Shown here: positions 1-8,864 of the stretch, piece by piece | Numbering within the stretch: position 1 is the stretch's first letter | How the letters are laid out: every line of letters starts with the position of its first letter | Source: a virus | Strand: one strand, 5' to 3' | IMG/VR virus record: IMGVR_UViG_3300022074_000004 | DNA length: 64,000 bases | Notes under the pieces: model-generated | The model's input: only the letters and a program-made list of their open reading frames with translations | What the model was told of the DNA's origin: nothing | Database searches by the model: none | Program-made: the position numbers and the translations under genes

Positions 1-99
1 CAGATTTAGATTTGTTATCACACGAACATAAAGAAGCACTAGCAGAAGATTGTGAAGATTATCTGCTACATAGAAGTATCCCCCTTATTTCGCATTCTT

Positions 100-258
100 A
101 TGACACAATCATTCGACAAGCATTCAAAGAAGGATATCGATTGGAAAAATTCGATAGACCAATCCGTTTCAACTGAATTTTGGCAACAAGTTGAAGAAGA
201 GTGTAAAGAACACGAAATCACTGTTGATTATTATCTAATGGAGTTTTACACATCATGA
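100..258 (+). CDS. small hypothetical phage protein
   Basis: ORF 52..258; ATG at 100 is the more plausible start; C-terminal ITVDYYLMEF resembles small cyanomyophage proteins. Confidence 0.6.
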   Translation: MTQSFDKHSKKDIDWKNSIDQSVSTEFWQQVEEECKEHEITVDYYLMEFYTS

Positions 259-428
259 CGGACGAGGATCGCCTCAGATCTTCAATTCAACTCGTAGACA
301 AATTGACCTCTCTACTTCTTCCAAATAGAAGTAGGGGTTTTTTGTTTTTTCGCTTGTTGAGTGTTAAAATTGAATTGGAGAGCCAATTAAATCAATTGAC
401 AAAATCTAAATCTTCGACTAAAATTTAA
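255..428 (+). CDS. 57-aa hypothetical protein (absent from ORF track)
   Basis: ATGA overlap with upstream stop; MTDEDRLRSS...SSTKI*. Confidence 0.65.
   Translation: MTDEDRLRSSIQLVDKLTSLLLPNRSRGFLFFRLLSVKIELESQLNQLTKSKSSTKI
396..424 (+). promoter_or_regulatory. sigma70-type early promoter
   Basis: TTGACA(396)-17 nt-TAAAAT(419) ahead of ORF 448. Confidence 0.75.
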
Positions 429-447
429 AGGTAATTTACAGAAGCAA

Positions 448-687
448 ATGGCACCAAAGTTTTTCTACATTGTAAATCATTTTGTACCGTTTCCCTCATC
501 TGAATATGGAGGTATTTGGAATGTAATTGCAGAAAGTGATGAAGAATGTTTTGATCTCATTTCTGAACGAGACGAAAATTATAATGAGCAACATTATGGT
601 CAGCTTCGTGAAAATATCATGAAGTCAATGAACTATGAACTTGCAGAAGATCTTGAATCCGGTATTGTTGAGGAGTTTACAACATGA
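448..687 (+). CDS. hypothetical protein
   Basis: 79-aa ORF downstream of promoter, coupled to the next ORF. Confidence 0.8.
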   Translation: MAPKFFYIVNHFVPFPSSEYGGIWNVIAESDEECFDLISERDENYNEQHYGQLRENIMKSMNYELAEDLESGIVEEFTT

Positions 688-974
688 TTGGAAATTTTGA
701 ACCCGAGGAAAATGTTATGAATCGATGGGAAGTAAAACCTGACATCGTTATTGATTTTCAGGACCACCTGAAGCGTGGAAATGTCTGGCGAGTTGAAATA
801 GAATTGGAGATGCAAGATACTCCTGGCGATGACTACACTTTCTATCGTGTGGAGGTTCATGTAGTAGCACCTACACGAGATCTTGCATCATATATTGTAT
901 CCACAATGTATCCTGATTATGAATCACTCTCTGTCGATGACCATCCAATGCAACCAGAACTTGAGTATTCCTGA
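684..974 (+). CDS. hypothetical acidic protein
   Basis: ATGA-coupled 96-aa ORF. Confidence 0.75.
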   Translation: MIGNFEPEENVMNRWEVKPDIVIDFQDHLKRGNVWRVEIELEMQDTPGDDYTFYRVEVHVVAPTRDLASYIVSTMYPDYESLSVDDHPMQPELEYS

Positions 975-1245
975 TGATTTCCCCCATCAACCCCCGGAAG
1001 GTTACTCCTACGAGGTCAAAACTTTTAAACGCAATATTATTAGTATATGGCTTATCAATCACGGTAATTTTAGTTATACTAATGACAAACCAAAAACAAT
1101 CTGGGGATTTTACGATACAAAAAAGGGAGAGTATTCAGCGCCTATTAACTCCACCAAGTGTGGAAATAAGGTAAATGTCTCAGATACTCGTCCTTATACT
1201 GCTATGCAATTAAACTTATCTCCATTGGAATTGGCATATGTATAA
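883..1245 (+). CDS. hypothetical protein (true start probably downstream of 883)
   Basis: PDDFPHQPPEGYSY...IWGFY...TRPYTAMQLNL; tiles between its neighbours. Confidence 0.7.
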   Translation: MHHILYPQCILIMNHSLSMTIQCNQNLSIPDDFPHQPPEGYSYEVKTFKRNIISIWLINHGNFSYTNDKPKTIWGFYDTKKGEYSAPINSTKCGNKVNVSDTRPYTAMQLNLSPLELAYV

Positions 1246-1489
1246 ACCACTTATCAACGATTATGTTAGATGGGAGACCAGAAACTTAGAAGGGTGGGTT
1301 TACTATGTCGATAATGAGAATGAGTATATCACTATTGAGATAGCAGTTACAGACAAGCTCCCTTATCAACTCGATGCTGGAACATGTCATAGGAAAAATC
1401 ATGTGCTAATCGTTTGTCAAAGTTATTATTGGCACGAATTGGTATTTTTAAAATCAAGACCAAACGCAAAATCGGAGGATCATGTCTAG
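1238..1489 (+). CDS. hypothetical protein
   Basis: 83-aa ORF overlapping neighbours by 8 nt; DYVRW...EGWVY...YITIE. Confidence 0.75.
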   Translation: MYKPLINDYVRWETRNLEGWVYYVDNENEYITIEIAVTDKLPYQLDAGTCHRKNHVLIVCQSYYWHELVFLKSRPNAKSEDHV

Positions 1490-1775
1490 TCGTAGAGAAG
1501 CAAAAAGAGCACGTCGCCCTGGCCTATTGGAGAAGAGAGAGCAACAATATCAAAAAGCAATTGAATACAAACGAGAACAGCAAAGAATCCAGCAAGAGCG
1601 CATGAATGAACTCTTGCAGAAATATATGAAATCAGATGAATTCAAGCGCAGGGAAGCAGAGGCAAAAGCTAAAAAGGAAGAAGAGGAGGGAAATACTCCT
1701 GAAGAAACTTTAGAAGCCCCTGAGAGCGTTGTAGAAGCCTCTGAGACGCCATTAACAGAGGTCGAGGTGGTGTAG
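1482..1775 (+). CDS. charged coiled-coil hypothetical protein
   Basis: 97 aa, E/K/R/Q-rich. Confidence 0.7.
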   Translation: MSSRREAKRARRPGLLEKREQQYQKAIEYKREQQRIQQERMNELLQKYMKSDEFKRREAEAKAKKEEEEGNTPEETLEAPESVVEASETPLTEVEVV

Positions 1776-1993
1776 TCACCTTCAGCGTCACCTTCACGGA
1801 CATGATGCACATATATGTCATCTTCACACGTCATCTTCACGGACATGATGTACATGTATGTCATCTTCACATGTCACCTTCAGTGTCACCTTCACGGACA
1901 TGATGTACATGTATGTCATCTTCACACGTCACCTTCACGTACATCATGCGTAGATGGACAGTCTGTAAAGTGTCACCTTCATAGTCACCTTCA
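1775..1993 (+). repeat. array of 11 GTCAYCTTCA direct repeats with a higher-order duplication
   Basis: copies at 1775, 1787, 1817, 1830, 1860, 1873, 1885, 1915, 1928, 1972, 1984; 1775-1829 nearly duplicated at 1873-1927. Confidence 0.95.
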
Positions 1994-2013
1994 CGTACAT
2001 CATACGTTATGTT
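1956..2013 (+). promoter_or_regulatory. palindrome-type promoter
   Basis: GGACAGTC-TGTA-AAGTGTCA (1956-1975), then 32 nt to TATGTT (2008). Confidence 0.6.
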
Positions 2014-2055
2014 TGTTTTGTGTGGAGCAATCCTCAAATTTACCTTGATTAAATC

Positions 2056-2226
2056 ATGACTGAAGACACCTTCAAATGGTGGGGAGGGAGCATCAATGAC
2101 CTCTCTGAGAAACAGGTTGAAGAACTGATCAACTTCAACCATGTCGAGACAGATCTTGCCGATCTGATTGACGATCAACCACAATTCGATATGGAGGCAT
2201 ACCTCAATGGAACGATTGACTACTAG
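2056..2226 (+). CDS. 56-aa acidic hypothetical protein (absent from ORF track)
   Basis: MTEDTFKWWGG...FDMEAYLNGTIDY*; first ORF after the promoter. Confidence 0.7.
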   Translation: MTEDTFKWWGGSINDLSEKQVEELINFNHVETDLADLIDDQPQFDMEAYLNGTIDY

Positions 2227-2386
2227 TGAGATTGTTAAAAACACATCTTCACTTGGCCCACCAACCCCTCACAACATTGCTTGCATCTCTAGTGCTTTTA
2301 ATTCTAGAATGATTCGGAGGGCTATGGAGGCTGAACGCAGAAGGCTTGCTAAAGCACAAAACAAAAACAAATCCAAAGGACAATGA
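2207..2386 (+). CDS. hypothetical protein
   Basis: part of ORF 2168..2386; ATG 2207 follows GGAGG. Confidence 0.55.
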   Translation: MERLTTSEIVKNTSSLGPPTPHNIACISSAFNSRMIRRAMEAERRRLAKAQNKNKSKGQ

Positions 2387-2598
2387 ACGAAACTGAAACC
2401 GTCAATGTTTTGCATCACATGGAAGATCTGAGGAAAGCCTGGAAAGCCCAGGACTTCAGATTTACTAAAGAACAGAAAGAGCAGTACGACCTGCTGCTAG
2501 CAGCTCGTCGTGACCGTGTCAATTTTTTTCATAAAAATAATATGGTTTTCAAAGGTCCTAAGATTTGTAAAGAAAAGGAAGAAACTGTTGAGGAATAA
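2383..2598 (+). CDS. hypothetical protein
   Basis: 71-aa ATGA-coupled ORF. Confidence 0.75.
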   Translation: MNETETVNVLHHMEDLRKAWKAQDFRFTKEQKEQYDLLLAARRDRVNFFHKNNMVFKGPKICKEKEETVEE

Positions 2599-2745
2599 TT
2601 TCCTTTTTTGTTCATGATTCCAGGGTTGCGTCTCACCTGTCTAATTGGTAACTTCTATGTGGCCGCACTTAACACAACTTGTCAGAGTGTAACGTTTTAT
2701 GTAAACGTTTGTGTATTGTGCAGACGAGCAAAATCATTGGTATAT

Positions 2746-2866
2746 GGGATCCTGGACCCTCTGAGAGGCTGCTGCAAGCCTCTCTAAGGCCCTTCTGAGC
2801 AGGGGCTGAACGATCCACCTCGATCTACCTGGATCAAGGCCCTTCCTGGGCCTCCCAGGCCCCTTT
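2746..2866 (+). ncRNA. candidate structured leader or ncRNA
   Basis: GC-rich island with four consecutive hairpins upstream of the helicase. Confidence 0.4.
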
Positions 2867-2884
2867 AAGAAAATTCACCCCCAT

Positions 2885-4087
2885 TTGACCTTGACCCAGA
2901 TCTCATTACGAGACCACCAAGTCTCAGCCTGCGACTCGATGAAGCGTTCGAGCCTGGGCCAAATCATTATGCCAACTGGATCTGGCAAAACTATTTGCAT
3001 GATCCAGGATTGTATTGACAGATTTACACTTTTAGAGAATAAACCTGCGAAAATGATTGTTGTTGCCCCCAGAATTGTTCTGGCACAACAATTATGCGAT
3101 GAATTTATTAAATATGAAGTAAATGCTGCTGTTTTTCATGTTCACAGTGGAAGAGTACAACATTTCAGTTCAACAGATGCAGTTTACATCAAAAGATGGT
3201 CTGAGCAAGCATATAGGCATCAAATTTACTTTACAACATATAATTCTCTTGCAACTTTGGTTAAGGCAAAGATTCATGCAGATACGATATATTTTGATGA
3301 GGCACATCACAGTGTTAAAAGACATTTTTTCCCTGTGTGCGAAGTCGCTTCAGCTGATTATAGCGACCGCACTTTTTGGTTTACTGCTACTCGCAGGGTT
3401 TCTAATGATCTTCTGAAACCAGGAATGAATGACGAAGATGTTTATGGTAAAGTTTTGCACACGGTATCTCTCAAGGAACTGGTTGATAAAGGTTATATTG
3501 CACCAGCAAAAGTTTCTGTGAGTTCATTTGATAAAGTTAAAAAGGATGATTTGACTTATCAAATTGAAGCTGATAATTTAATTCAAACTATTGACAATGG
3601 TGGAAAGAATAAAATTTTAATTTGTTGTAGATCGACCCGTCAGATGATGGGGATGATACATGGAAGCGATTTAAGTGTCAAGTTGAAAGAGAGAGACTTT
3701 GATCTTTTAACAATAACGTCTAAGTATGGGGCAACTCTGAATGGTCATCGCATTAGCCGATCAGACTTCATGCTGCTGTTAAATGAATATGGAGAGAACC
3801 CTGACAAAAAGTTTTGTGTTTTTCACTACTCAATTCTGACAGAAGGTATAAGCATCAATGAACTCGATAGTTGCGTTTTCTTAAGGAACATGAACGTGGT
3901 TGCCATGCAGCAATGTATCGGTCGCGTAATCAGGAAAGGGAGGGATTCTTACGATGGGGAGAGTAAGGTGGCAGAGTTGGCAATACCTTCCTACTCTAAT
4001 GTTGGCGTGAGTACAGCACGGCAATTAAACAACATTGTCGATGCAACTTTCAATCAAGGTCAATCCTTAATCTCCGAAATTAAATGA
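2885..4087 (+). CDS. superfamily 2 (Res/DEAH-type) helicase
   Basis: Q-motif LRDHQ, Walker A MPTGSGKT, Walker B FDEAHH, TAT, motif VI QCIGRVIR; TTG start. Confidence 0.9.
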   Translation: MTLTQISLRDHQVSACDSMKRSSLGQIIMPTGSGKTICMIQDCIDRFTLLENKPAKMIVVAPRIVLAQQLCDEFIKYEVNAAVFHVHSGRVQHFSSTDAVYIKRWSEQAYRHQIYFTTYNSLATLVKAKIHADTIYFDEAHHSVKRHFFPVCEVASADYSDRTFWFTATRRVSNDLLKPGMNDEDVYGKVLHTVSLKELVDKGYIAPAKVSVSSFDKVKKDDLTYQIEADNLIQTIDNGGKNKILICCRSTRQMMGMIHGSDLSVKLKERDFDLLTITSKYGATLNGHRISRSDFMLLLNEYGENPDKKFCVFHYSILTEGISINELDSCVFLRNMNVVAMQQCIGRVIRKGRDSYDGESKVAELAIPSYSNVGVSTARQLNNIVDATFNQGQSLISEIK

Positions 4088-4362
4088 CTATGATTGAATC
4101 AATGATCGTTCCTGAAACCGATTTTAATCGAGGAACATACAGAGAATTGCTTGCCATTTTGCAAGAAATTCCTGATGAATGTCTCGACAAGCCCGTTGTC
4201 ATTTGTGATGGAGAAATCGAGAAGAAATACATCTCTTCCGATGGTGTTAGTTATCCAACTCCAAATGGAGAAGAATTTAGAGAGGTGAGGGGCATAGGAT
4301 TCACTGGACCTGGGTGTAAAAAACTTGGGTCTGGGAACATGTTACTTTACGTTGGAGATTAG
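4084..4362 (+). CDS. hypothetical protein
   Basis: 92-aa coupled ORF. Confidence 0.7.
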   Translation: MTMIESMIVPETDFNRGTYRELLAILQEIPDECLDKPVVICDGEIEKKYISSDGVSYPTPNGEEFREVRGIGFTGPGCKKLGSGNMLLYVGD

Positions 4363-4363
4363 T

Positions 4364-4498
4364 ATGCAGTTCTTAATTACTTTAACTGCACTTCGTATGG
4401 TCATCGGATCTTTGTGGTTATTTGTTCTTCTTGAACAAGCATACTACATCCAAACAATCTACAACCAGTACTCATCACTCACTTGTAACTTGTCGTAA
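4364..4498 (+). CDS. 44-aa hydrophobic peptide (absent from ORF track)
   Basis: MQFLITLTALRMVIGSLWLFVLLEQ...; exactly fills the gap between neighbours. Confidence 0.55.
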   Translation: MQFLITLTALRMVIGSLWLFVLLEQAYYIQTIYNQYSSLTCNLS

Positions 4499-4499
4499 C

Positions 4500-5414
4500 A
4501 TGAAGAATACGCACCTGGAGCATCCTGAAGACGCCATTCTGACTGGTGATCTCAATGTCCTCGATTGGTTTATTGAAAAAGAAAGTCACTTGTCATGCAA
4601 GATCGACGGATCTCCGGCGATTGTGTATGGAACTGATCCTGAGACTGGGACATTTTTTTGTGGAACAAAAAGTGTTTTCAATAAGAGAAAAGTAATGATC
4701 CCGCACAGTCATGAAGAAATTGATTTTCATTATGCCGGGAAAGGTGAATTAGCTGACATTTTACATGCCTGTTTTGATAACGTACCAAGGACTGATCGTA
4801 TCATTCAAGCTGATTGGATTGGGTGGGGTGGTACTAATTATTTTAAGCCTAACTTAATTGAATATGTTTTCCCATTTTGCGTCTCAGAGACTATCATTGT
4901 CTCTCCGCATACATATTACGAAACAAAGACCACTCTTCGTGAGGCTGAAGCCAGTTCTTTGAGCGAACACTTAACGGGCGGTGATAGGTGTTTTTACTAC
5001 CAACCAGACTGCGATGTTAGCTCACATAGGAAAGAATTGCGCTTAAATTGTGATTTTGCGCGACAAATGGCTACGTTGTGTGAGTTTGTAGACAAAAAGA
5101 AGGCATCAGAAATTAAAAAATACATAAATTCAGTCATCATGCACGGGAAGTTGAGCCTGATGGACGATGCTGAAACTGCTGAAAAATTGCAAATTGACAT
5201 CAACTTGATACGATTGTGGAAACTTGTATTAAGAATCAAGGACGAATTGTTTCTGTATATTGATGAGCCAGAAGATGTTGATTGTTACATCAATGATGAA
5301 CCATCATTCCATGAAGGTTATGTTATGACAAATCGGTATGGTATGTATAAGTTAGTTGATCGGGAAACATTTAGTAGATTTAATTTCCTACAGCATGTTG
5401 CGAGGCAGGCTTAA
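4500..5414 (+). CDS. conserved phage protein (DUF6267-like), predicted ligase-type nucleotidyltransferase
   Basis: MKNTHLEHPED start; KIDGSPA, EGYV and YKLVDR motifs. Confidence 0.75.
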   Translation: MKNTHLEHPEDAILTGDLNVLDWFIEKESHLSCKIDGSPAIVYGTDPETGTFFCGTKSVFNKRKVMIPHSHEEIDFHYAGKGELADILHACFDNVPRTDRIIQADWIGWGGTNYFKPNLIEYVFPFCVSETIIVSPHTYYETKTTLREAEASSLSEHLTGGDRCFYYQPDCDVSSHRKELRLNCDFARQMATLCEFVDKKKASEIKKYINSVIMHGKLSLMDDAETAEKLQIDINLIRLWKLVLRIKDELFLYIDEPEDVDCYINDEPSFHEGYVMTNRYGMYKLVDRETFSRFNFLQHVARQA

Positions 5415-5415
5415 T

Positions 5416-5688
5416 ATGTGTGACAAAATACACAATAACCTAAATAATATGTCAGGAGATAATAACAAAGGAGGTTCACCTTTGTCAAAAACCGACTGGA
5501 ATAAAAGTATTTTAGAAATGCAGTTGAGACGAAGTGAATTGCAAGCACAAATAGATCAAATAAATGAAACTATAGAGTATTTGACACAACAAAGGGATGA
5601 GATTATGAACTGGCAGGGAAACAATGAAGAAAAACTTTATCGTGATGTTCTGGGGATGGAGTTTTGGGACAGTGCTGAGCCTGATTAG
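5416..5688 (+). CDS. coiled-coil hypothetical protein (start uncertain)
   Basis: within ORF 5356..5688; heptad pattern LQAQIDQINETIEYL. Confidence 0.6.
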   Translation: MCDKIHNNLNNMSGDNNKGGSPLSKTDWNKSILEMQLRRSELQAQIDQINETIEYLTQQRDEIMNWQGNNEEKLYRDVLGMEFWDSAEPD

Positions 5689-5789
5689 ATTGTCTTAATC
5701 TTTACAAAACTCAACTCTGATCTAAAGACACAGTATTGTCAATCACAGTTCAGGCCGTTACCTTGTAAAGGTAGTCTATCTGCTACCCA

Positions 5790-6086
5790 ATGACTTCCGC
5801 GAGCTTCGACCCCTTTCCAGTTTCAAGTTTTGTAAAATCTTACAACAAAAATTCAAGAACATTTCAGCTGAACATTAGCGATAAAGATGTAATCTCTTGG
5901 TGCATGTCTGCCAATGAAATGTACGACAGTGCAGATATAGATCCGATTGATAAGATTCTAAGATCTGAAGTAGTTGCTTGGAGTGAGAGGCAACAAAAGA
6001 TTGTGCTTCATTGTCTTTCTATCTGCAAATCTTTTATCTATGGTGCTGAAGAAGTGCATAGTAAAGTAATGGCCCAGTGCGAATGA
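5790..6086 (+). CDS. hypothetical protein
   Basis: 98-aa ORF. Confidence 0.7.
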   Translation: MTSASFDPFPVSSFVKSYNKNSRTFQLNISDKDVISWCMSANEMYDSADIDPIDKILRSEVVAWSERQQKIVLHCLSICKSFIYGAEEVHSKVMAQCE

Positions 6087-6221
6087 TTTCTTAAGTATCC
6101 TGCAATACAGCTTTGCTGAGTTGCATTTAGTAATGTTACTTGGAGGTTGCGCCCATTTTACAGCTCTCTACTATGAGACTGTTCGGGGGGATAACCGAAC
6201 ATAACCAACGCTATCACCAAC

Positions 6222-6389
6222 ATGGCAATGCAACATCTTTACAAAATTCAAAAGAGACGGAATGGTTATTTTCATGAATGGGAAGATCTTCCTTCAAAAC
6301 CTGCTCCATTAGATATTACAATCAGAAATATGCACTATTATATGAATCTTTACAGGAATTGCACATTTCAGGAGGTACGGGTCAAGTGA
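6222..6389 (+). CDS. 55-aa hypothetical protein (absent from ORF track)
   Basis: MAMQHLYKIQKR...QEVRVK* after a hairpin leader at 6180-6201. Confidence 0.6.
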   Translation: MAMQHLYKIQKRRNGYFHEWEDLPSKPAPLDITIRNMHYYMNLYRNCTFQEVRVK

Positions 6390-6520
6390 TACGCAGAACT
6401 TTTAGATTTTACTTTTTCAATGTTCTTGGGGAAGAATTTACCATTGCCGCCAAGTGTTTTGGTTCTGCGACGAAACAGCTTCCAGAGTGGTTTGTGGTTG
6501 ACCACTATCGTGTCAGTTAG
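6386..6520 (+). CDS. 44-aa hypothetical protein
   Basis: GTGA overlap with GGAGG RBS; 3' part of ORF 6278..6520. Confidence 0.55.
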   Translation: MIRRTFRFYFFNVLGEEFTIAAKCFGSATKQLPEWFVVDHYRVS

Positions 6521-6551
6521 TAGAATTTGATTGGTCATCATGAGTTGTTCC

Positions 6552-6579
6552 AGAGGGTCATTTCGACCCTCTTTTTTTT
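6552..6579 (+). terminator. rho-independent terminator
   Basis: AGAGGGTC-ATTTC-GACCCTCT + T-run. Confidence 0.9.
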
Positions 6580-6638
6580 GTTTGAGTTTCATCGAAAAAA
6601 ACAATGTGTGAGCAAAATTTGTTCTAAATAGCATTGGA

Positions 6639-6667
6639 TTGACACTTCATTGTTATTAAAGTATAAT
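6639..6667 (+). promoter_or_regulatory. consensus sigma70 promoter
   Basis: TTGACA-17 nt-TATAAT exact. Confidence 0.9.
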
Positions 6668-6695
6668 GTAAAAGTAACCACCACTCCTACAACTT

Positions 6696-6878
6696 ATGCC
6701 ATCAACTGCTTATCGCGCAAAAAAGTCAAAGTATAGAATTACGATAGAACTAGAGGCTTTGGATGATTTCTGCCCAACGAACATCGACTTCAACAAAGTA
6801 TTTTCTCTTCATGGAGCTGAGCGAGTGACATTCAGATATGTGGAGAATCTCTCCACTCCAGATCGCTACTCAGCTTGA
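6696..6878 (+). CDS. hypothetical protein
   Basis: 60-aa ORF directly after the consensus promoter. Confidence 0.75.
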   Translation: MPSTAYRAKKSKYRITIELEALDDFCPTNIDFNKVFSLHGAERVTFRYVENLSTPDRYSA

Positions 6879-7095
6879 TTGGTTTATCTCCTTTCACAAA
6901 CAAACCATAGCACAAAACAGTGCGGTGTGAACAGTCTCCCGCAAAAATGAGTATTCATTACTACCATTTTGGATTATATGTCTTGTGTTGCTAATTGTTG
7001 AGTTGCAATAAGGGCATATTAAGCTATATTTGCTTTGCAGTTCAAAAAGGATTTGCCACTGGGTAATTTTAGACACATCACATCGGTCGATAACT

Positions 7096-7125
7096 AAGGA
7101 GAGATATTTTATCTCTCCTTTTTTT
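7096..7125 (+). terminator. rho-independent terminator
   Basis: AAGGAGAGATA-TTT-TATCTCTCCTT + T-run. Confidence 0.85.
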
Positions 7126-7139
7126 GTGTTTATTTCATG

Positions 7140-7196
7140 TGGCACTTGCAGAACTGGCATAGATCAGGTCGTGGGGTCAAGAGCTGTGGGTATCAT
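7140..7196 (+). promoter_or_regulatory. palindrome-type promoter
   Basis: TGGCACTT-GCAG-AACTGGCA, then 31 nt to TATCAT. Confidence 0.75.
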
Positions 7197-7286
7197 GTGT
7201 GTGGGGACATAGATCCTGTCCTGATGGTGTTAGGGCTCGTTTCCTGACACCAAAAATACACAAAAAACCCTATTTAACACAAACAA

Positions 7287-7532
7287 ATGCGTAATTTTCA
7301 GAGTTTTGATGACTTTGTTGAGCTGATTGTTCCCTTTTCTATTGGTGCAGTGAGCTTTTCTCTGCTTGCTATTGCTTCTCAGCAGGCAATTTTTAACCAA
7401 AATGCAAAAGACAAGTGTGCTCTGGCCTCTACTCACCGTCTCGTAGTTGTCCAGAGCTTCTTCGGTGATGCCTATGGTTGCGTGAAGCTATTCCAATGGT
7501 ACAATCCAGAATCTGTCACTGACCGGGCTTGA
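7287..7532 (+). CDS. membrane-anchored hypothetical protein
   Basis: N-terminal hydrophobic helix, two Cys. Confidence 0.7.
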   Translation: MRNFQSFDDFVELIVPFSIGAVSFSLLAIASQQAIFNQNAKDKCALASTHRLVVVQSFFGDAYGCVKLFQWYNPESVTDRA

Positions 7533-7557
7533 CACTTATTTGCGATCACACTATTTT
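7499..7557 (+). promoter_or_regulatory. sigma70 promoter with upstream degenerate palindrome
   Basis: GTACAATC-CAGA-ATCTGTCA, TTGACA(7529)-17-TATTTT(7552). Confidence 0.65.
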
Positions 7558-7578
7558 CAGAAGCAAAACTAATTCAAA

Positions 7579-8022
7579 ATGCTAACTACAGAAAGACAAC
7601 TCACAAAACTTTCTCTTTCACAAAAGAATTGGAATAGAACTGATGAGTTGATGAAACATGCGTTTCGCCTTGCCCAACTCCTCAACAAGGACTACTACGA
7701 TCGCACAGGTAAGAAGGATTTGCAGTTTTATGTAGAGTTTCCGACCAAAGATTACATCAAAGTTATGGAGACTTATGATGGTAAAACTCAGGTCCATTGT
7801 CAAATTGACATTAAAACCAGTGAACTTAAAACTCCATCAAAAACGGCAGTAATTGCCAAGCTAATTGACTACGATCACACCGCGAGGTATTTTGTCCTGG
7901 ACTTGCATGAGCTTCTGCAACGCTGCGAGTTTACATCGAGATATTTGTTTTCTCAAGTACATAACAATCGCAGTCTTGGGAAACTAGCATACACCAGGCA
8001 CTTCAATTCAGAATTTAATTGA
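7579..8022 (+). CDS. hypothetical protein, probable paralog of 9278..9691
   Basis: KDYIKV...VHCQIDIKTSELKTPS motif. Confidence 0.75.
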   Translation: MLTTERQLTKLSLSQKNWNRTDELMKHAFRLAQLLNKDYYDRTGKKDLQFYVEFPTKDYIKVMETYDGKTQVHCQIDIKTSELKTPSKTAVIAKLIDYDHTARYFVLDLHELLQRCEFTSRYLFSQVHNNRSLGKLAYTRHFNSEFN

Positions 8023-8327
8023 TTATGACTTCTAAACTAAAGTTCACCCAATTTTCAGAATTACTTGATGAAATTAAATGTGATCCAGAAATGCAGCATC
8101 GCATTGATGAATTGGAAAATTTGCAATGCCACTTAAGCCAACAGGAAAAGTTTAAGACTGTTGTGCAAAGGTCTATTGATAAGCTAGAAGATGCAATCAC
8201 TGTAACTTATAGCGACATCGACACGAGTCTTCCGCCAGATGAAAGGGTTCGTAAACTGAGAAACATTGTTCCAGAAGTGCGGACAATGATGCTGGGGACC
8301 ATTGATGAGTTGAAAATCTTATTATGA
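8019..8327 (+). CDS. helical hypothetical protein
   Basis: 102-aa coupled ORF. Confidence 0.7.
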   Translation: MIMTSKLKFTQFSELLDEIKCDPEMQHRIDELENLQCHLSQQEKFKTVVQRSIDKLEDAITVTYSDIDTSLPPDERVRKLRNIVPEVRTMMLGTIDELKILL

Positions 8328-8557
8328 GCCGTAAAACTTCACATCTCAGTTACAAAAAATTACGTTCAATTTGGTTCACCTTTTACATGAAACTGCTTCT
8401 CATTGCTATTGTCTGTTTTTGGGGATGGAGCCATGACCCAACACGACAATTTGTTTCCGGTCTGCTCTATAAAGTTGCTGATGCAGTTGAGCCTGGAGCA
8501 CCAAAAACCAATTCACAAACTATTGGCGAACGAATTGATTCATTCATGGGAAACTGA
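8324..8557 (+). CDS. membrane-anchored hypothetical protein (start may be internal MKLLLIAIV)
   Basis: hydrophobic segment. Confidence 0.6.
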   Translation: MSRKTSHLSYKKLRSIWFTFYMKLLLIAIVCFWGWSHDPTRQFVSGLLYKVADAVEPGAPKTNSQTIGERIDSFMGN

Positions 8558-8647
8558 TGGCGTACACTACCATTTCGATTTTGAGCATTATCTTTTTGAT
8601 TAGTTTCATGAACTCACCACAAAACCGCACCATGTAATTTATTTACC

Positions 8648-8845
8648 ATGAAAATCAGCTATTTGGTTTCACTCTCCTATCGGGAGCGAGTGTTGTTGAC
8701 CCAGGCTATTGAAAACCATCAAATTAGGCTGGAGCAATATCAACAAAAAACAACAATCAAAAACGATGAGCGTCATGTTGTTCGCATCATGCAGCGTGAT
8801 CTTAAACAACTTGAAATGAAACTGTTAGCAAAGGCAGTTAATTGA
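8648..8845 (+). CDS. hypothetical protein
   Basis: 65-aa ORF. Confidence 0.7.
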   Translation: MKISYLVSLSYRERVLLTQAIENHQIRLEQYQQKTTIKNDERHVVRIMQRDLKQLEMKLLAKAVN

Positions 8846-8864
8846 TCGGCACAGCACAGCTCGC

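Noticed and set aside
1775-2006. CRISPR array
   Set aside because: Repeat is only 10 nt, spacers are 2-34 nt and themselves repeated, and there are no cas genes in the window
1550-2244. ORFs 1815..2048(+), 1550..1870(-) and 1867..2244(-), including a His/Cys-rich CHLH peptide
   Set aside because: By-products of the DNA repeat; unit lengths of 12, 13 and 30 nt do not keep one frame; no RBS
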